A DNA stretch of 64,000 bases. Origin: an uncultured Chloroflexia bacterium. Lineage in GTDB: Bacteria > Chloroflexota > Anaerolineae > Anaerolineales > UBA4823. Below are positions 41,669 through 52,371 of this stretch, one piece after another (positions within the stretch are counted from its first letter, which is position 1; each line of letters begins with the position of its first letter). The notes under the pieces are model-generated. The model worked only from the letters and a program-made list of their open reading frames with translations, was not told the origin of the DNA and did not search any database. Location of the stretch: positions 150,589 through 214,588 of the forward strand of contig CAVTQM010000058.1 in the NCBI GenBank assembly GCA_963736805.1, in the 5' to 3' direction. Made by a program: the position numbers and the translations under genes.

Positions 41669-42388
41669 ATGGATACATCCCCAGGGAGCAGTAAAGTAGA
41701 GGAATCTCCTCAGGTTTTTTTACAAAGAATTGGGTTATCTTTTACTAATATTGGTTTATTATTGCGAGCACTGACACATCGTTCATATTTTAATGAACAT
41801 AAAGATGCAATCGAAGATAACGAACGGCTAGAATTTCTCGGCGATGCTGTATTAGATTTCTTGGTAGGCGCCTGGCTCTATCACCGATTCCCAGAAATGG
41901 CTGAAGGACAACTGACGAGATTAAGAGCAGTTTTGGTGGGGAATGAACAATTAGCTGAATTTGCTAATGGAATTAACCTAGGGGCTGTCATGCGTTTGGG
42001 TCATGGTGAAGCAGAAAATGGGGGCCGTGAACGGTTACCTTTACTTGGGTCAACATTTGAGGCATTAATTGGAGCGATATATTTAGATCAGGAAATCTCA
42101 CAAGTATGGAAATTTATGGATCCAATGCTAGAAACAAAAGTTAGAATTATCATTGCAAACCAGGTAGAACACCATCCGAAAAGTATTCTGCAGGAATGGT
42201 CACAGTCCAAGGGATATGGAACTCCGATATATCGCGTTGTTGGTGATAGTGGTCCGGACCATGACAAGTATTTTGAAGTTGAAGTGGTGGTGGATGATAT
42301 GGTTTATGGATTAGGAAGAGGCCATAGTAAACATACTGCAACAAAGGATGCTGCAAAACATGCACTTGAAAAACTTGGGATAAGGTAA
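41669..42388 (+). CDS. rnc: Ribonuclease III
   Basis: Carries the RNase III signature ERLEFLGDAVL and a C-terminal dsRBD (..GPDHDKYFEVEV..G.GHSKHTATKDAAKHAL). Confidence 0.9.
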   Translation: MDTSPGSSKVEESPQVFLQRIGLSFTNIGLLLRALTHRSYFNEHKDAIEDNERLEFLGDAVLDFLVGAWLYHRFPEMAEGQLTRLRAVLVGNEQLAEFANGINLGAVMRLGHGEAENGGRERLPLLGSTFEALIGAIYLDQEISQVWKFMDPMLETKVRIIIANQVEHHPKSILQEWSQSKGYGTPIYRVVGDSGPDHDKYFEVEVVVDDMVYGLGRGHSKHTATKDAAKHALEKLGIR

Positions 42389-42391
42389 TAT

Positions 42392-45300
42392 ATGCCAGCA
42401 CGACTTAAATCTTTTGAATTACACGGCTATAAAACATTTGCATCAAGAAACGAATTCCAATTCTCTGATGGCATCACCGCAATTGTTGGTCCCAATGGAT
42501 CTGGAAAATCAAATATTGCGGATGCCCTCCGATGGGTTTTAGGTGAACAATCCTATGGTCTATTAAGGGGTAGAAAGACAGAAGACATGATTTTCTCTGG
42601 TTCGGAAAATCGCCCCAGGGCAGGAATGGCATCGGCAACAGTGGTTTTTGATAATAGTGATGGTTGGTTGCCGATTGATTTTAGTGAAGTTGGTATTACT
42701 CGAAGAGCTTATCGTGATGGGGAAAATGAATATTTACTAAACAGCCAACGAGTTCGTCTGAAGGATGTTTCTGAGGTATTGTCGAAATCTGGGCTTGCAG
42801 AGAGAACTTATACAATTATTGGACAAGGGCTGGTTGACGCTGCTTTAGCACTAAAAGCAGAGGAACGTAGGCGATTGTTTGAAGAAGCTGCCGGTATCGG
42901 ACTTCACAGGTCTCGTCGGGAAGAAGCACTCAAACGACTTGAAATCACCCGAAGAAATCTTGAAAGGGTTCAAGATATTCTTTCTGAACTTCAGCCACGT
43001 TTAAGGAGCCTGGAGAGACAAGCGAAGCGGTCACTAGAATATGATCAGTTGAAGGCAGATTTAAAAGTTGTTCTGCGCGAGTGGTATGGATATCACTGGC
43101 ACAAAGCCCAAGCTAAGTTAGTGGAGGCACAACTGAATGCCAAGCAACAGGAAGAGGCTTTGTCTGTCGTCCAAACAAACCAGCATGAATTAGATACAAA
43201 AATTTCTAATTATCGATCAAACATTAATGATCTTAGAGAAAAACTAAACGATTGGCATAAAGAATTAACCACATTACATCAACGTCGTGAGATATTAAGT
43301 CGGGAACAAGCAGTCAATAGTGAAAGATCACGATTATTATTATTACAACAAGAGCAAATATCTAAAGAACGAGCCAATGTAGAAGAGGAATTTGGCATTC
43401 AAAAAGACCAACTTTCGATATCGAATCAGGAACTAGAAGAGCTTGACGAAGATTTAAAAGAAGCGAGGCTTTCCGTTACTGAATCGTTAGAAAGGGTAAA
43501 TACACGGCGAAAAGAGAGAGCAATCATTGAAGAAAATATCAAAGCAGCTCCAAAATGAAATTTCTCTTGGGTTAACAAAATCGACTCAATTGCAAGCGCT
43601 ATTGCCAGAGAAAGATGCTCATATAAATCGGTTGAAAGAGATGTTGGAAAAAATTGACAATGACTTAGAACGCTCTGGTTCAGAATTATCGTCTACCCAA
43701 GAACAAATAAAATCCATCCAAAAAGAGAAAGATAAGAAGGCAAAGAATTCAGAAAAGTTAAATAGTGACTTACAACACATCCGGGATAAGGTCACCGAAC
43801 TCGAACTGGATAGAAATGAATTGAATGAGAAAATTTCTGCCCAAAAAAACAAAATTGCTCGTACGCAAGCGGAGATAAACGTTTTCGAGGAAGCTGAGAA
43901 GAATCTTACCGGACATACAGAAGGAGCAAAAATCCTTATTCAGGGGATGGTTGAAAAAAAGATCAATGGTGCAATTGGTTCCATTGGTAATAACCTTATC
44001 GTTCCAGAAGAGTTTGAAACTGCTGTTGCTGCTGTTATGGGAGAGTATATCGATTCGTTAATTGTTAAATCGATAGATCAAAGTGAAAACGCGTTAGATT
44101 TAATTGGAAATGATACCACCAGAGGATCTATTTTTCCTTTAGATATCATTCTTCCTGCGAGACCTTTATCATTGGATATAACGAAAGCACCAGTAGAATC
44201 AGGAAATATATTTGGTGTGGCAGCCAATCTACTAAAAACTGAGATCCATATAAAACCGATTATTGATTGGATTTTTGGACATGTGATTATTGTAAGAGAC
44301 CGAAAAACTGCTCGTATAATCCTAGCTTCACGTGATTGGAGGGATATCCCTGATTTCCGGGTAGTTACATTAAGAGGTGAGATGTATTATGCCAGTGGAC
44401 CGGTTGTAACAGGGGCTTCTAGTAAAGGATTGCTTGCCAGACCAAGACAACAGAAAGAATTAATTGAAAGCCAAGAACAAGCCAAGATAACGCTGGACTC
44501 ACTTGAACACAAAAGTCGGAAACTTGAGGGACAAATCAACGAAGCGCAAATCAGGGAAAAAGATTGTAGTGATAACTATAAAAATGCCATTGAAATCGAA
44601 AAATCTCTTTTGTTGGATCTTAACCAGCAAGAATTACAGGCAGAGAAAATTAGCCACGATATACGCTGGAATCAAGAACAAAGAACAAGAATTCAAGCGG
44701 ATATTAACAATGAAAATATTGAATTGACTCATACAAAATCGGAAATTGCACGATCGCAAGAAGAATTGCGTATAGTTAAGCTCGAATTATTAAGTAATAC
44801 AACTTCTCTGGATAGCATACCCATTGATGAATTGCTCACCCAACATTCGTACTGGACTACAAATGCAGCGGTCATTGAGCAGGCATTAACTGACGCTAGA
44901 AATCGCCAACAGGAAAAAATTATACGACTTAAAAAAGTTGAAAGCAATCTAAGTGATATGATATCCCGGTCAATACAACTCGACCAAGAAATAATCCATC
45001 TGAATAAAAATCAAGAAGATTGTTCAACAGACGAGATCCAAATCGCCAAGAAGATTGAAGAACTTGGAAAAATCGTTGATCCGTACGAGGAACAATTAAC
45101 CCAATTGGAAAAGGGCTATACTGGATTGTTAACCACGGATTCTGAGGCACGACAGGTGTTGCGTGCTGCTGAGCAACGATATACACAAGCGAAGATCAAT
45201 TTAGCTCACCAATCGGAATCTTTTGAATCACTTCAGAGGCATATTGAGGATGATTTTGGGTTAGTATCATTCGATTATACAGATTCTATCTCGGGACCAA

Positions 45301-46022
45301 AACCACTTCCATTAGATGGGATGGTTGAAGAATTACCCAAAGTAGAGGTTTTATCATTAGATATTGAGGAAATTATTCGCCAACAGAAAACTCAAATCCG
45401 GAGGATGGGTGCAATAAATCCCGAAGCTCAGAGCGAGTATCAAGAAGTAAAAGACCGGTTTGAGTTTCTTTCTTCACAGGTTGCAGATTTAGTTCATGCA
45501 GAAGGTGATATCAAAGAAGTAATTGCAGAGCTGGATAATTTAATGGAAAGGGAGTTTCGACGCACTTTCGATGCGGTAGCTCAAGAATTTAAGCAAATAT
45601 TTACCCGCCTTTTTGGAGGTGGTTCTGCGCGTTTGGCATTGACTGATCCAGAGAATATGTCTGAAACTGGTATCGATATTGAAGCCCGATTACCCGGTCG
45701 GCGAGAGCAAGGACTATCGTTGCTATCAGGTGGTGAGAGAAGCTTAACAGCAACGGCATTAGTCTTTTCCTTGTTGCGAGTATCACCTACGCCGTTTTGT
45801 ATCCTTGATGAAGTCGATGCAATGTTGGATGAGGCAAATGTAGGCAGGTTTGTTGATTTATTAACTGAACTAAGTGAAAAAACACAATTTATCGTCATCA
45901 CACATAATAGAAATACAGTTCAAGCTGCCAGCATAATCTACGGAGTGACGATGGGGAGAGATTCAGCGAGCCAGGTGATTAGCTTGAAGATGGATGAATT
46001 AGGGGAAGATTTTGGGATTTAG
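42392..46022 (+). CDS. smc: Chromosome partition protein Smc, one frame break (43527-43558)
   Basis: It has the N-terminal Walker A ([10 protein letters not shown]), long coiled coils, a hinge, and the C-terminal signature LSGGERSL plus Walker [11 protein letters not shown]. The two ORFs join around the AAA at 43541-43543. Confidence 0.9.
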
Positions 46023-46054
46023 AATTATATTTGATTAGATTTCATATACTAATC

Positions 46055-46082
46055 TTGACTAATAAGATAATAATAGTATAAT
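46055..46082 (+). promoter_or_regulatory. Possible promoter of the cop locus
   Basis: TTGACT (46055-46060), a 16-nt spacer, then TATAAT (46077-46082). It is followed by the inverted repeat TACCCA (46089-46094) ... TGGGTA (46110-46115). Confidence 0.4.
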
Positions 46083-46124
46083 ATAGTATACCCAGCTGAT
46101 CGGGATGGGTGGGTAGGTTTGATT

Positions 46125-46283
46125 ATGCCTATGGATGGATTAAAAACATTTAAAACCATTGAAGATAATAAAACAGGAATTGAAACGATGATCAAGAATG
46201 ACATGGATTGTGTTGATGCTGAATTCGTCAGAGAGGTGGGTCTATGCTGTTCAATTCTACATCGGATATGGGATATCGAATAA
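46125..46283 (+). CDS. Possible short or degenerate CsoR-like (copper-sensing repressor family) ORF
   Basis: This 52-codon ORF is not in the supplied track. MDGLKTFKTIEDNKTGIETMIKNDMDCVD.. loosely resembles the CsoR N-terminal helix-Cys region, but it is too short for a full CsoR. The call is weak. Confidence 0.25.
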   Translation: MPMDGLKTFKTIEDNKTGIETMIKNDMDCVDAEFVREVGLCCSILHRIWDIE

Positions 46284-46293
46284 AGTCCAGTAG

Positions 46294-46521
46294 GTGTATC
46301 AGGAGAATTATATGACGACAAAAATTGTATACAAAATCCCAAATATTAGTTGCGGGCATTGTGTTCATACGATCCAATCTGAATTGATAGATTTGCCAGG
46401 CGTAAAATCCGTGAAGGCAGATCAATCATCTAAGATTGCAACAATCGAATATGAGCCGCCTGCGAGTGAAGAAAAGATAAAACAATTGCTTGAAGCAATA
46501 AATTACCCTGTTGAAATATAA
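46294..46521 (+). CDS. copZ: Heavy-metal-associated (HMA) domain copper chaperone
   Basis: 75 aa with a ferredoxin-like HMA pattern and the metal site IPNISCGHCVHTI (CxxC). Confidence 0.75.
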   Translation: MYQENYMTTKIVYKIPNISCGHCVHTIQSELIDLPGVKSVKADQSSKIATIEYEPPASEEKIKQLLEAINYPVEI

Positions 46522-46547
46522 TAAATAAATAAATCAAAAAGAATTAC

Positions 46548-46591
46548 GCAAAATGCTCATTGGAGGGTGAGTGAAGCATTTTGCTTTTTTG
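46548..46591 (+). terminator. Rho-independent terminator after copZ
   Basis: 10-bp stem GCAAAATGCT / AGCATTTTGC (46548-46557 / 46575-46584), followed by TTTTTT. Confidence 0.6.
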
Positions 46592-46647
46592 TATTTCAGA
46601 CAGAGAGGATGTCTCAGAATAAATAAGATAAATTTGTAATAAGGAGA

Positions 46648-47225
46648 ATGAATTGTGCATATTGTGAGGTTTCCGTAGCACGAAACCATTGAAAAGATAA
46701 GGGAATTAATCAATCAAGAAGCTATTAACTACGAAAATGCGTATAGCCATTATCACTTGATATAATCGACCAAAATTATACTCGAATTTTAGAACAAATC
46801 GGTATCGATGTTGATTAATCATAAGGTTTTATCTGGTGAAAATGTTGAAGAAGTTATAAAAAATATATTCAAAAAAAGTGTGCGATATTGTGACTATCGT
46901 TGGTGATGGATTTATAAATGCACAAGCCATCACAAAGGGTGATGTTGGCATACCGATTGGATCCGGAGCCGATATTGCTATTGCTGCAACTCCGATAGCA
47001 TTAATAAACAAAGATCATCATCAAGTAACGAAGCAATAAGTAATCGATAAAAAACCGTGATAAAGAATATATGAAATCTATTATGGGTATTTATTTTACA
47101 ATGTGATCTTCATTCCTACAGCTGCTATCATCTTATCCAGCCCCATGTTGGCTGCGGCGGCTATGGTATTCAGTAGTGTGGTTGTGGTTAGAAATCCTTT
47201 ACGATTCCGAAACGTGAAATTGACA
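46648..47225 (+). pseudogene. copA: Remnant of a P1B-type copper ATPase (copA) with large internal deletion and multiple stops/frameshifts
   Basis: Fragments read across three frames. There is an HMA-like start (MNCAYCE...IEKIRELINQEAINYEN...LEQIGIDVD). It is followed directly by the extreme C-terminal third of the ATPase (..TIVGDGFINAQAITKGDVGIPIGSGADIAIAA..., ..PMLAAAAMVFSSVVVVRNPLRFR). The TM, actuator and phosphorylation (DKTGT) regions are absent. Confidence 0.55.
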
Positions 47226-47227
47226 TA

Positions 47228-48608
47228 TTATAAGAAAAAAATGAAGACTAGGTCATTGACATTTGTTAAAGTCGGTCCAATTTTTATTAAATCGCCTAAT
47301 ATATTAAAGTAATGATAAGAATCATTATTCAATAAGAAATCATTTGGATCAAGACCTTTTTCTAACCCTCTCGAATATGTTTCATTGGTTGCTACTGCTC
47401 CTGCAGCATCGGTTGGACCATCCCCCCCGTCAGTTGCTAAACTGGATAATATGATTTGATTAGAACCGGATAGTTCTGTGACTGCACCAAGGGCCAATTC
47501 TTGATTTCGTCCTCCTATACCTTTTCCCGTTATTGTTACTGTAGTCTCGCCTCCAGCAATCAGACATGCAGGTCTGTACATTAAGAATGAAGATGAGAAC
47601 ATATGATTAACTTCATTTGCTATTGATTTCCCGATTTGTGCGGCTTCACCTTGCAGGCAGGTTGTTAATCAGCTTCGTGTGAAATCCCAATAATTTAGCG
47701 AGTTTTTCAGCATTATTAACTGCATCTATATTTCTTCCCACAATTACATTATAAATTTTGAATAAGCGGGGATCGCCAGGTTTTATCGTTTCTTCAATTT
47801 CACCTTTGATTCCATTCAAAATATGGTTTTTGACACTGGTGGGAATATTATCTAGGATTTCATATTTTTGTAGAATTGTCCAGCAATCAGAAAATGTTGT
47901 TGGATCAGCTACAGTCGGACCGGATGCGATTACATCGAGGCTGTCACCGACAACATCAGATAATATTAAGGAAATTACTGTTGCTGAAGCCAGGAATTTT
48001 ATTAAACCACCCCCTTTAAACAAATCTAAATGCTTTCTAATTGTATTAATTTCGCTGATCGATGTTCCGCTTCGCATCAATACGGAGGTGGTGTTTCCAA
48101 TGTCATCAAGAGAAATCCCAGAGGCTGGATACATAAGTAATGCTGATCCACCACCAGATAATAGCAGGATGACCAAATCATTATGATTAATGTTGGAGAT
48201 AAAAGAGATCAGCTTTGAGGCTGCATTAATGTTTCGCTGGTCAGGAAGCGGATGACTTGCTACAAGTATTTCAACTTTGCTTTCACGATTGATATTTCCA
48301 ATATCAACATATCCATCTTTCGTAATTATCAGTCCTGATGTAATCTTGTTTTTTAAAATCTTTTGTAATGAAGCAGCCATTGGAACACATGCCTTTCCTG
48401 CTCCAATCACATAAATCTGCTGATAATTATTTAAATCATACCTAGTATTGTCTACAATGAGATGGTTGGCATCAGATGTGACATGCTTTTGAATAATATC
48501 TTCAGCATTTACGCTGTTTATGGCTTCTGCCATAATTCTGCAGATGTCATTCCCCCTTGCTGATCTACGTAAACTATAAGTTGTAAATTGCTCTGGTTGA
48601 AAAATCAT
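47228..48608 (-). CDS. Glycerate 2-kinase / hydroxypyruvate reductase-like (DUF4147 + MOFRL), one frame break (47602-47646)
   Basis: The N-terminal 320 aa carry GAGKA and LLSGGGSAL. The C-terminal piece carries CLIAGGETTVTITGKGIGGRNQELALGA. Confidence 0.75.
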
Positions 48609-48630
48609 ATCAAAAGACTGTTATTACAAC

Positions 48631-49303
48631 TCATCGATGGGGGTAATTAAATCGTTTGCAGTCGTACAATGGACTGTTTACCTTTTTTGAGACAGGATAA
48701 GCAATCATTTCATTAGGAGGATAAGGGATCAACAACTCATTTAATTCATTGGCAGGACGGTCTTCAGGTGATATCCAATACATATATGCAGTCTGGATGC
48801 AAAATTACAGGCATGCGGTTATGTATAGATTCTAATAACGAATTTGGTTGGGTTGTAATAATGGTGCATGAAAGTATTTCTGAACCATCAGGAGCGGTCC
48901 AATGTTCCCATAATCCTGCAAATGCAAAAGGAATGTTATCTTTTAGTCGAATAAGGATAGGTTGTTTCGATTTATTACCTAGGCTTGGTTTCCACTCATA
49001 AAAACCATCAGCGAGAATCAAACACCTTCGTCGGCGATAAGCATTTCGAAATGATGGCTTTTCAGCAAGTGATTCAGAACGAGCGTTGATCATCCGGTCA
49101 CCGATTGACGGATCCTTTGACCATGATGGGATCAACCCCCATTTATACATGGATACAATTTTTTCTCCAGTATTGGGAATTACTGCTACGGGTTGAGATG
49201 GAGCAATATTAAATCTAGGAGTTAAATCATTCGGGATGACTGCCCATGGAAAAGCTTCCTGTAGGTGTGCTGGATCTATTGTCAGTGTGAATCTACCACA
49301 CAT
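48631..49303 (-). CDS. SOS-response-associated peptidase (SRAP/YedK) abasic-site sensor, one frame break near 48775-48790
   Basis: Starts MCGRF (catalytic Cys2). The conserved C-terminus (..ELLIPYPPNEMIAYPVSKKVNSP..) continues in another frame to the TGA at 48631-48633. Confidence 0.8.
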
Positions 49304-49563
49304 AAAACCTCACTTTCTGATTACAAAGAATCTTATAAATTATTTTACTATAAGGGATATAAATTGGGTTCATTATATATTGTTTATAGAAATAATTATG
49401 CAAAGAGCCGATTAATTCTTAAATATCAATTAAAGCAATATTTGACAAATTCACTGTCTTTGGAATTCTTAAAAACTAAGACGGGTGTGAGGACTTTTCT
49501 CAAGCCTGCCTCTTGTATGTCTGCGAAGGCATGAGTATACTATTGAACACTTAGGTTAGAAAA

Positions 49564-51819
49564 ATGCCCATTAATCACCTTATGGAATCTCTTCCGGAGC
49601 TATACTCGATTACTGATCGGGATTTGATTTATCGCGCTTACCGTGTAGCTGAGCTTGCCCATTCAGGACAAAATCGTGTATCCGGGGAACCCTACATTAA
49701 TCATTGCATTGCTGTTGCTTCGATTTTGGCAGAACTTCGAGTACCTGTAGAAGTTGTGGTGGCGGGATTATTACATGATACAGTAGAAGATACCGCAATT
49801 ACTTTAAATGATATAAAAATTGATTTCGGAGAAGATGTCGCGAAATTGGTAGATGGTGTTACAAAGTTAACCCAATTGCCACGTGTATCAAGAGGTGATC
49901 AGCATCCCGAAGAGGATATTCGGGATGAGGAGTTACGTCAGGCAGCTGATCGGCGAGGTGATCCGGACCCTGAATCAGCCGCTGGTTTATATGTAAAAAG
50001 CAGGCGTTATGATCTGGTGTCTGAGACACTGCGTAAGACCTTCCTCGCGATGGGAGAAGATGTACGGGTCGTGCTGATAAAGTTGGCAGACCGATTACAT
50101 AACATGAGAACCCTCGGGCATTTACCTGATCATAAACGTCGTCGAATTGCCCAGGAAACATTAGATATTTTTGCACCGCTTGCCAACAGGTTGGGTATAT
50201 GGCAGATGAAATGGGAGCTCGAGGACCTGGCATTTCGTTATGTGAATCCTGAGAAGTATAAGGAGATTGCCAATAATCTTGCTGAAAAAAGATTTGACCG
50301 TGAAAGTGGGATGAACGAGATCATTGAGCATCTAACCGAGATGATTTCCCAATCTGGCATCAAACCTGAAATTACTGGAAGACCGAAGCATATCTATTCG
50401 ATTTATCGCAAAATGGTCCGAAAAGGAGTTGCATTTGACCAAGTACATGATGTCAGGGGTGTGCGGATCGTTGTCCCTGATATTCCATCAGCTTATAGCA
50501 CCCTGGGCGTGATTCATACACATTGGAGACCTCTTCCAGGTCAATTTGATGATTATATTGCAGTACCGAAGGATAATTTTTATCAATCTTTGCATACATC
50601 TGTCCTTTATGATGATGGAAAAACGCTTGAAATCCAAATCCGCACACCAGAAATGCACCAAAATGCTGAATTAGGTATTGCTGCTCATTGGAGGTATAAA
50701 GAAGGAGCTCCACACGATGATTCATTTGAGAAGAAAATACTTTGGTTCCGTTCATTAATGGAATGGAAACAGGATGTTGAAGATGCAGGAGAATTTGTTG
50801 ACAGCTTAAAAACTGACGTATTTCAAGACCGTGTATATATATTTACTCCGAAGGGAGATATCTACGACTTGCCAGCAGGGTCGACTCCCATTGATTTTGC
50901 TTACCATGTACATACAGATATTGGTCATCGATGCAGGGGTGCGAAAGTAAATGGAAAACTTGTTTCACTTGACTATATACTAAAAACTGGTGAACAAGTT
51001 GAAATATTAACCTCAAAACGTGGCGGACCAAGTAGGGATTGGTTAAATCCAAACCTGGGATTGGTGAAAACTCAAAGAGCAAAAGCAAAAATCCGATATT
51101 GGTTTAAAAAACAAGCCCGGGAACAAAATATCAATCAAGGCCGAGATTTTCTGGAAAAAGAACTACGTCGTCTTGGTTTGGTAGATATTAATCTAGAGCA
51201 ACTTGCGCGGCAATTTGAATTTAGATCAGTAGAAGATCTCTACGTGGCGATAGGGTTTGGAGATATTCCGCTTGTTCGAATTGCACAACAATTAATGCAG
51301 AACGAGCAAGATGATGAGGGTTTGAAGTTTGGAAGCCGAATAATCCCCGAGACGGTAGTTGAGAGCCATGATTCGATCACTGTTGTAGGATTAAAGGGAC
51401 TTTTAACCAGCATAGCCAGATGTTGTAATCCAGTACCTGGGGATGAAATTGTCGGATATATTACACGAGGTCGTGGTGCTACTATTCATCGTAGGGATTG
51501 CCCAAATATACTTCGGTTGCATGAAAAGGAAAGGCTCGTTCGAGTAGCATGGGGAGAACCTAAACGTACATATCCGGTTTCTGTCCGTGTAAAGGCATAT
51601 GATCGGGATGGCTTAGCCAGGGATGTGTCGAATTTAGTGGCTAATGAAGGGATTAATATGGGATTAGTTCAAGCAGGTATAAATCATGATTCAAAGCTGA
51701 GCCTTGCGATACTTGATTTAGTCTTAGAAGTAAAAGATGTTGACCAATTGACCCGGGTTTTAACCCGTATCGAAGCATTACCGAATGTGATGGAAGCCCA
51801 TCGAATTAGACCAGGTTAA
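49564..51819 (+). CDS. rel: Bifunctional (p)ppGpp synthetase/hydrolase (long RSH)
   Basis: Intact 751 aa with the HD domain (LLHDTVEDT, LADRLHNMRTL), synthetase domain (GRPKHIYSIYRKM), and TGS and C-terminal ACT regions. Confidence 0.9.
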   Translation: MPINHLMESLPELYSITDRDLIYRAYRVAELAHSGQNRVSGEPYINHCIAVASILAELRVPVEVVVAGLLHDTVEDTAITLNDIKIDFGEDVAKLVDGVTKLTQLPRVSRGDQHPEEDIRDEELRQAADRRGDPDPESAAGLYVKSRRYDLVSETLRKTFLAMGEDVRVVLIKLADRLHNMRTLGHLPDHKRRRIAQETLDIFAPLANRLGIWQMKWELEDLAFRYVNPEKYKEIANNLAEKRFDRESGMNEIIEHLTEMISQSGIKPEITGRPKHIYSIYRKMVRKGVAFDQVHDVRGVRIVVPDIPSAYSTLGVIHTHWRPLPGQFDDYIAVPKDNFYQSLHTSVLYDDGKTLEIQIRTPEMHQNAELGIAAHWRYKEGAPHDDSFEKKILWFRSLMEWKQDVEDAGEFVDSLKTDVFQDRVYIFTPKGDIYDLPAGSTPIDFAYHVHTDIGHRCRGAKVNGKLVSLDYILKTGEQVEILTSKRGGPSRDWLNPNLGLVKTQRAKAKIRYWFKKQAREQNINQGRDFLEKELRRLGLVDINLEQLARQFEFRSVEDLYVAIGFGDIPLVRIAQQLMQNEQDDEGLKFGSRIIPETVVESHDSITVVGLKGLLTSIARCCNPVPGDEIVGYITRGRGATIHRRDCPNILRLHEKERLVRVAWGEPKRTYPVSVRVKAYDRDGLARDVSNLVANEGINMGLVQAGINHDSKLSLAILDLVLEVKDVDQLTRVLTRIEALPNVMEAHRIRPG

Positions 51820-52064
51820 CAAATATGTATTGTGGGGAATTCTGACGAAACAATAACTTATAACCTTGACTCCAAAATATAATTGTAGTGATATAATGTC
51901 GGCTCATAATTCTAAAGATAAAAAATTGTAATTAAAGCAATGATTTATACTTTTCTGTTTTCGACATCTGAGGTAAAATCACTGCCGTCCAGAGAAGGGA
52001 CAATATAAATCGGTCATGGGTAATTGTAAAAGAACACATGATATAAATATTACAGGAGGAATTA

Positions 52065-52304
52065 ATGCCCCGAATTCGATGCCATTATGTTGATTGTGTT
52101 TTCCTGGATGATGGATATTGTGGAGCAGCAGCGGTAGAAATTGATCCTGACATGGGTTGTATGACATATTCCCGGGCAAATGATGTTGAGACAGAAGACG
52201 ATTGGGATGAAGAAGAGGACGAATTAGACGAGATTGATGATTGGGAAGATGTAGATGTTGATGAAGAAGATGATGATCTGTACATCGATGAAGATGAATT
52301 TTAA
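52065..52304 (+). CDS. Small Cys-motif protein (DUF1540-like pattern) with poly-acidic C-terminal tail
   Basis: The N-terminus is RIRCHYVDCVFLDDGYCGAAAVEIDPDMGCMTY (C-x4-C-x7-C...C). 28 of the last 41 residues are D or E (counted by hand). A GGAGG RBS lies 6 nt upstream and a strong terminator lies downstream. Confidence 0.5.
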   Translation: MPRIRCHYVDCVFLDDGYCGAAAVEIDPDMGCMTYSRANDVETEDDWDEEEDELDEIDDWEDVDVDEEDDDLYIDEDEF

Positions 52305-52326
52305 ACCCAGGGATAGTTAAAAATAT

Positions 52327-52356
52327 AAAAGCCTCCTTTTTTTAGGAGGCTTTTTA
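52327..52356 (+). terminator. Rho-independent terminator
   Basis: AAAAGCCTCC / GGAGGCTTTT hairpin followed by a T run. Confidence 0.65.
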
Positions 52357-52371
52357 ATAGGATTAGTAGAA

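Noticed and set aside
46049-46425. Minus-strand ORFs 46049-46342 and 46228-46425 in the cop region
   Set aside because: They run antisense to copZ and to the promoter/operator region and have no recognisable domains or RBS. They are most likely shadow ORFs in AT-rich sequence.
51866-51897. Canonical promoter TTGACT ... TATAAT upstream of the acidic-tail protein
   Set aside because: The spacer counts to 20 nt, too long for a standard sigma70 promoter. Only an extended -10 (TGATATAAT, 51889-51897) remains plausible, so it is not listed as a feature.
52085-52285. Minus-strand ORF encoding a poly-Ser protein (..SSSSSTSTSSQSSISSNSSSSSS..)
   Set aside because: It is the mirror image of the GAT/GAA-rich acidic tail on the plus strand. 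The RBS and terminator fit the plus-strand gene.
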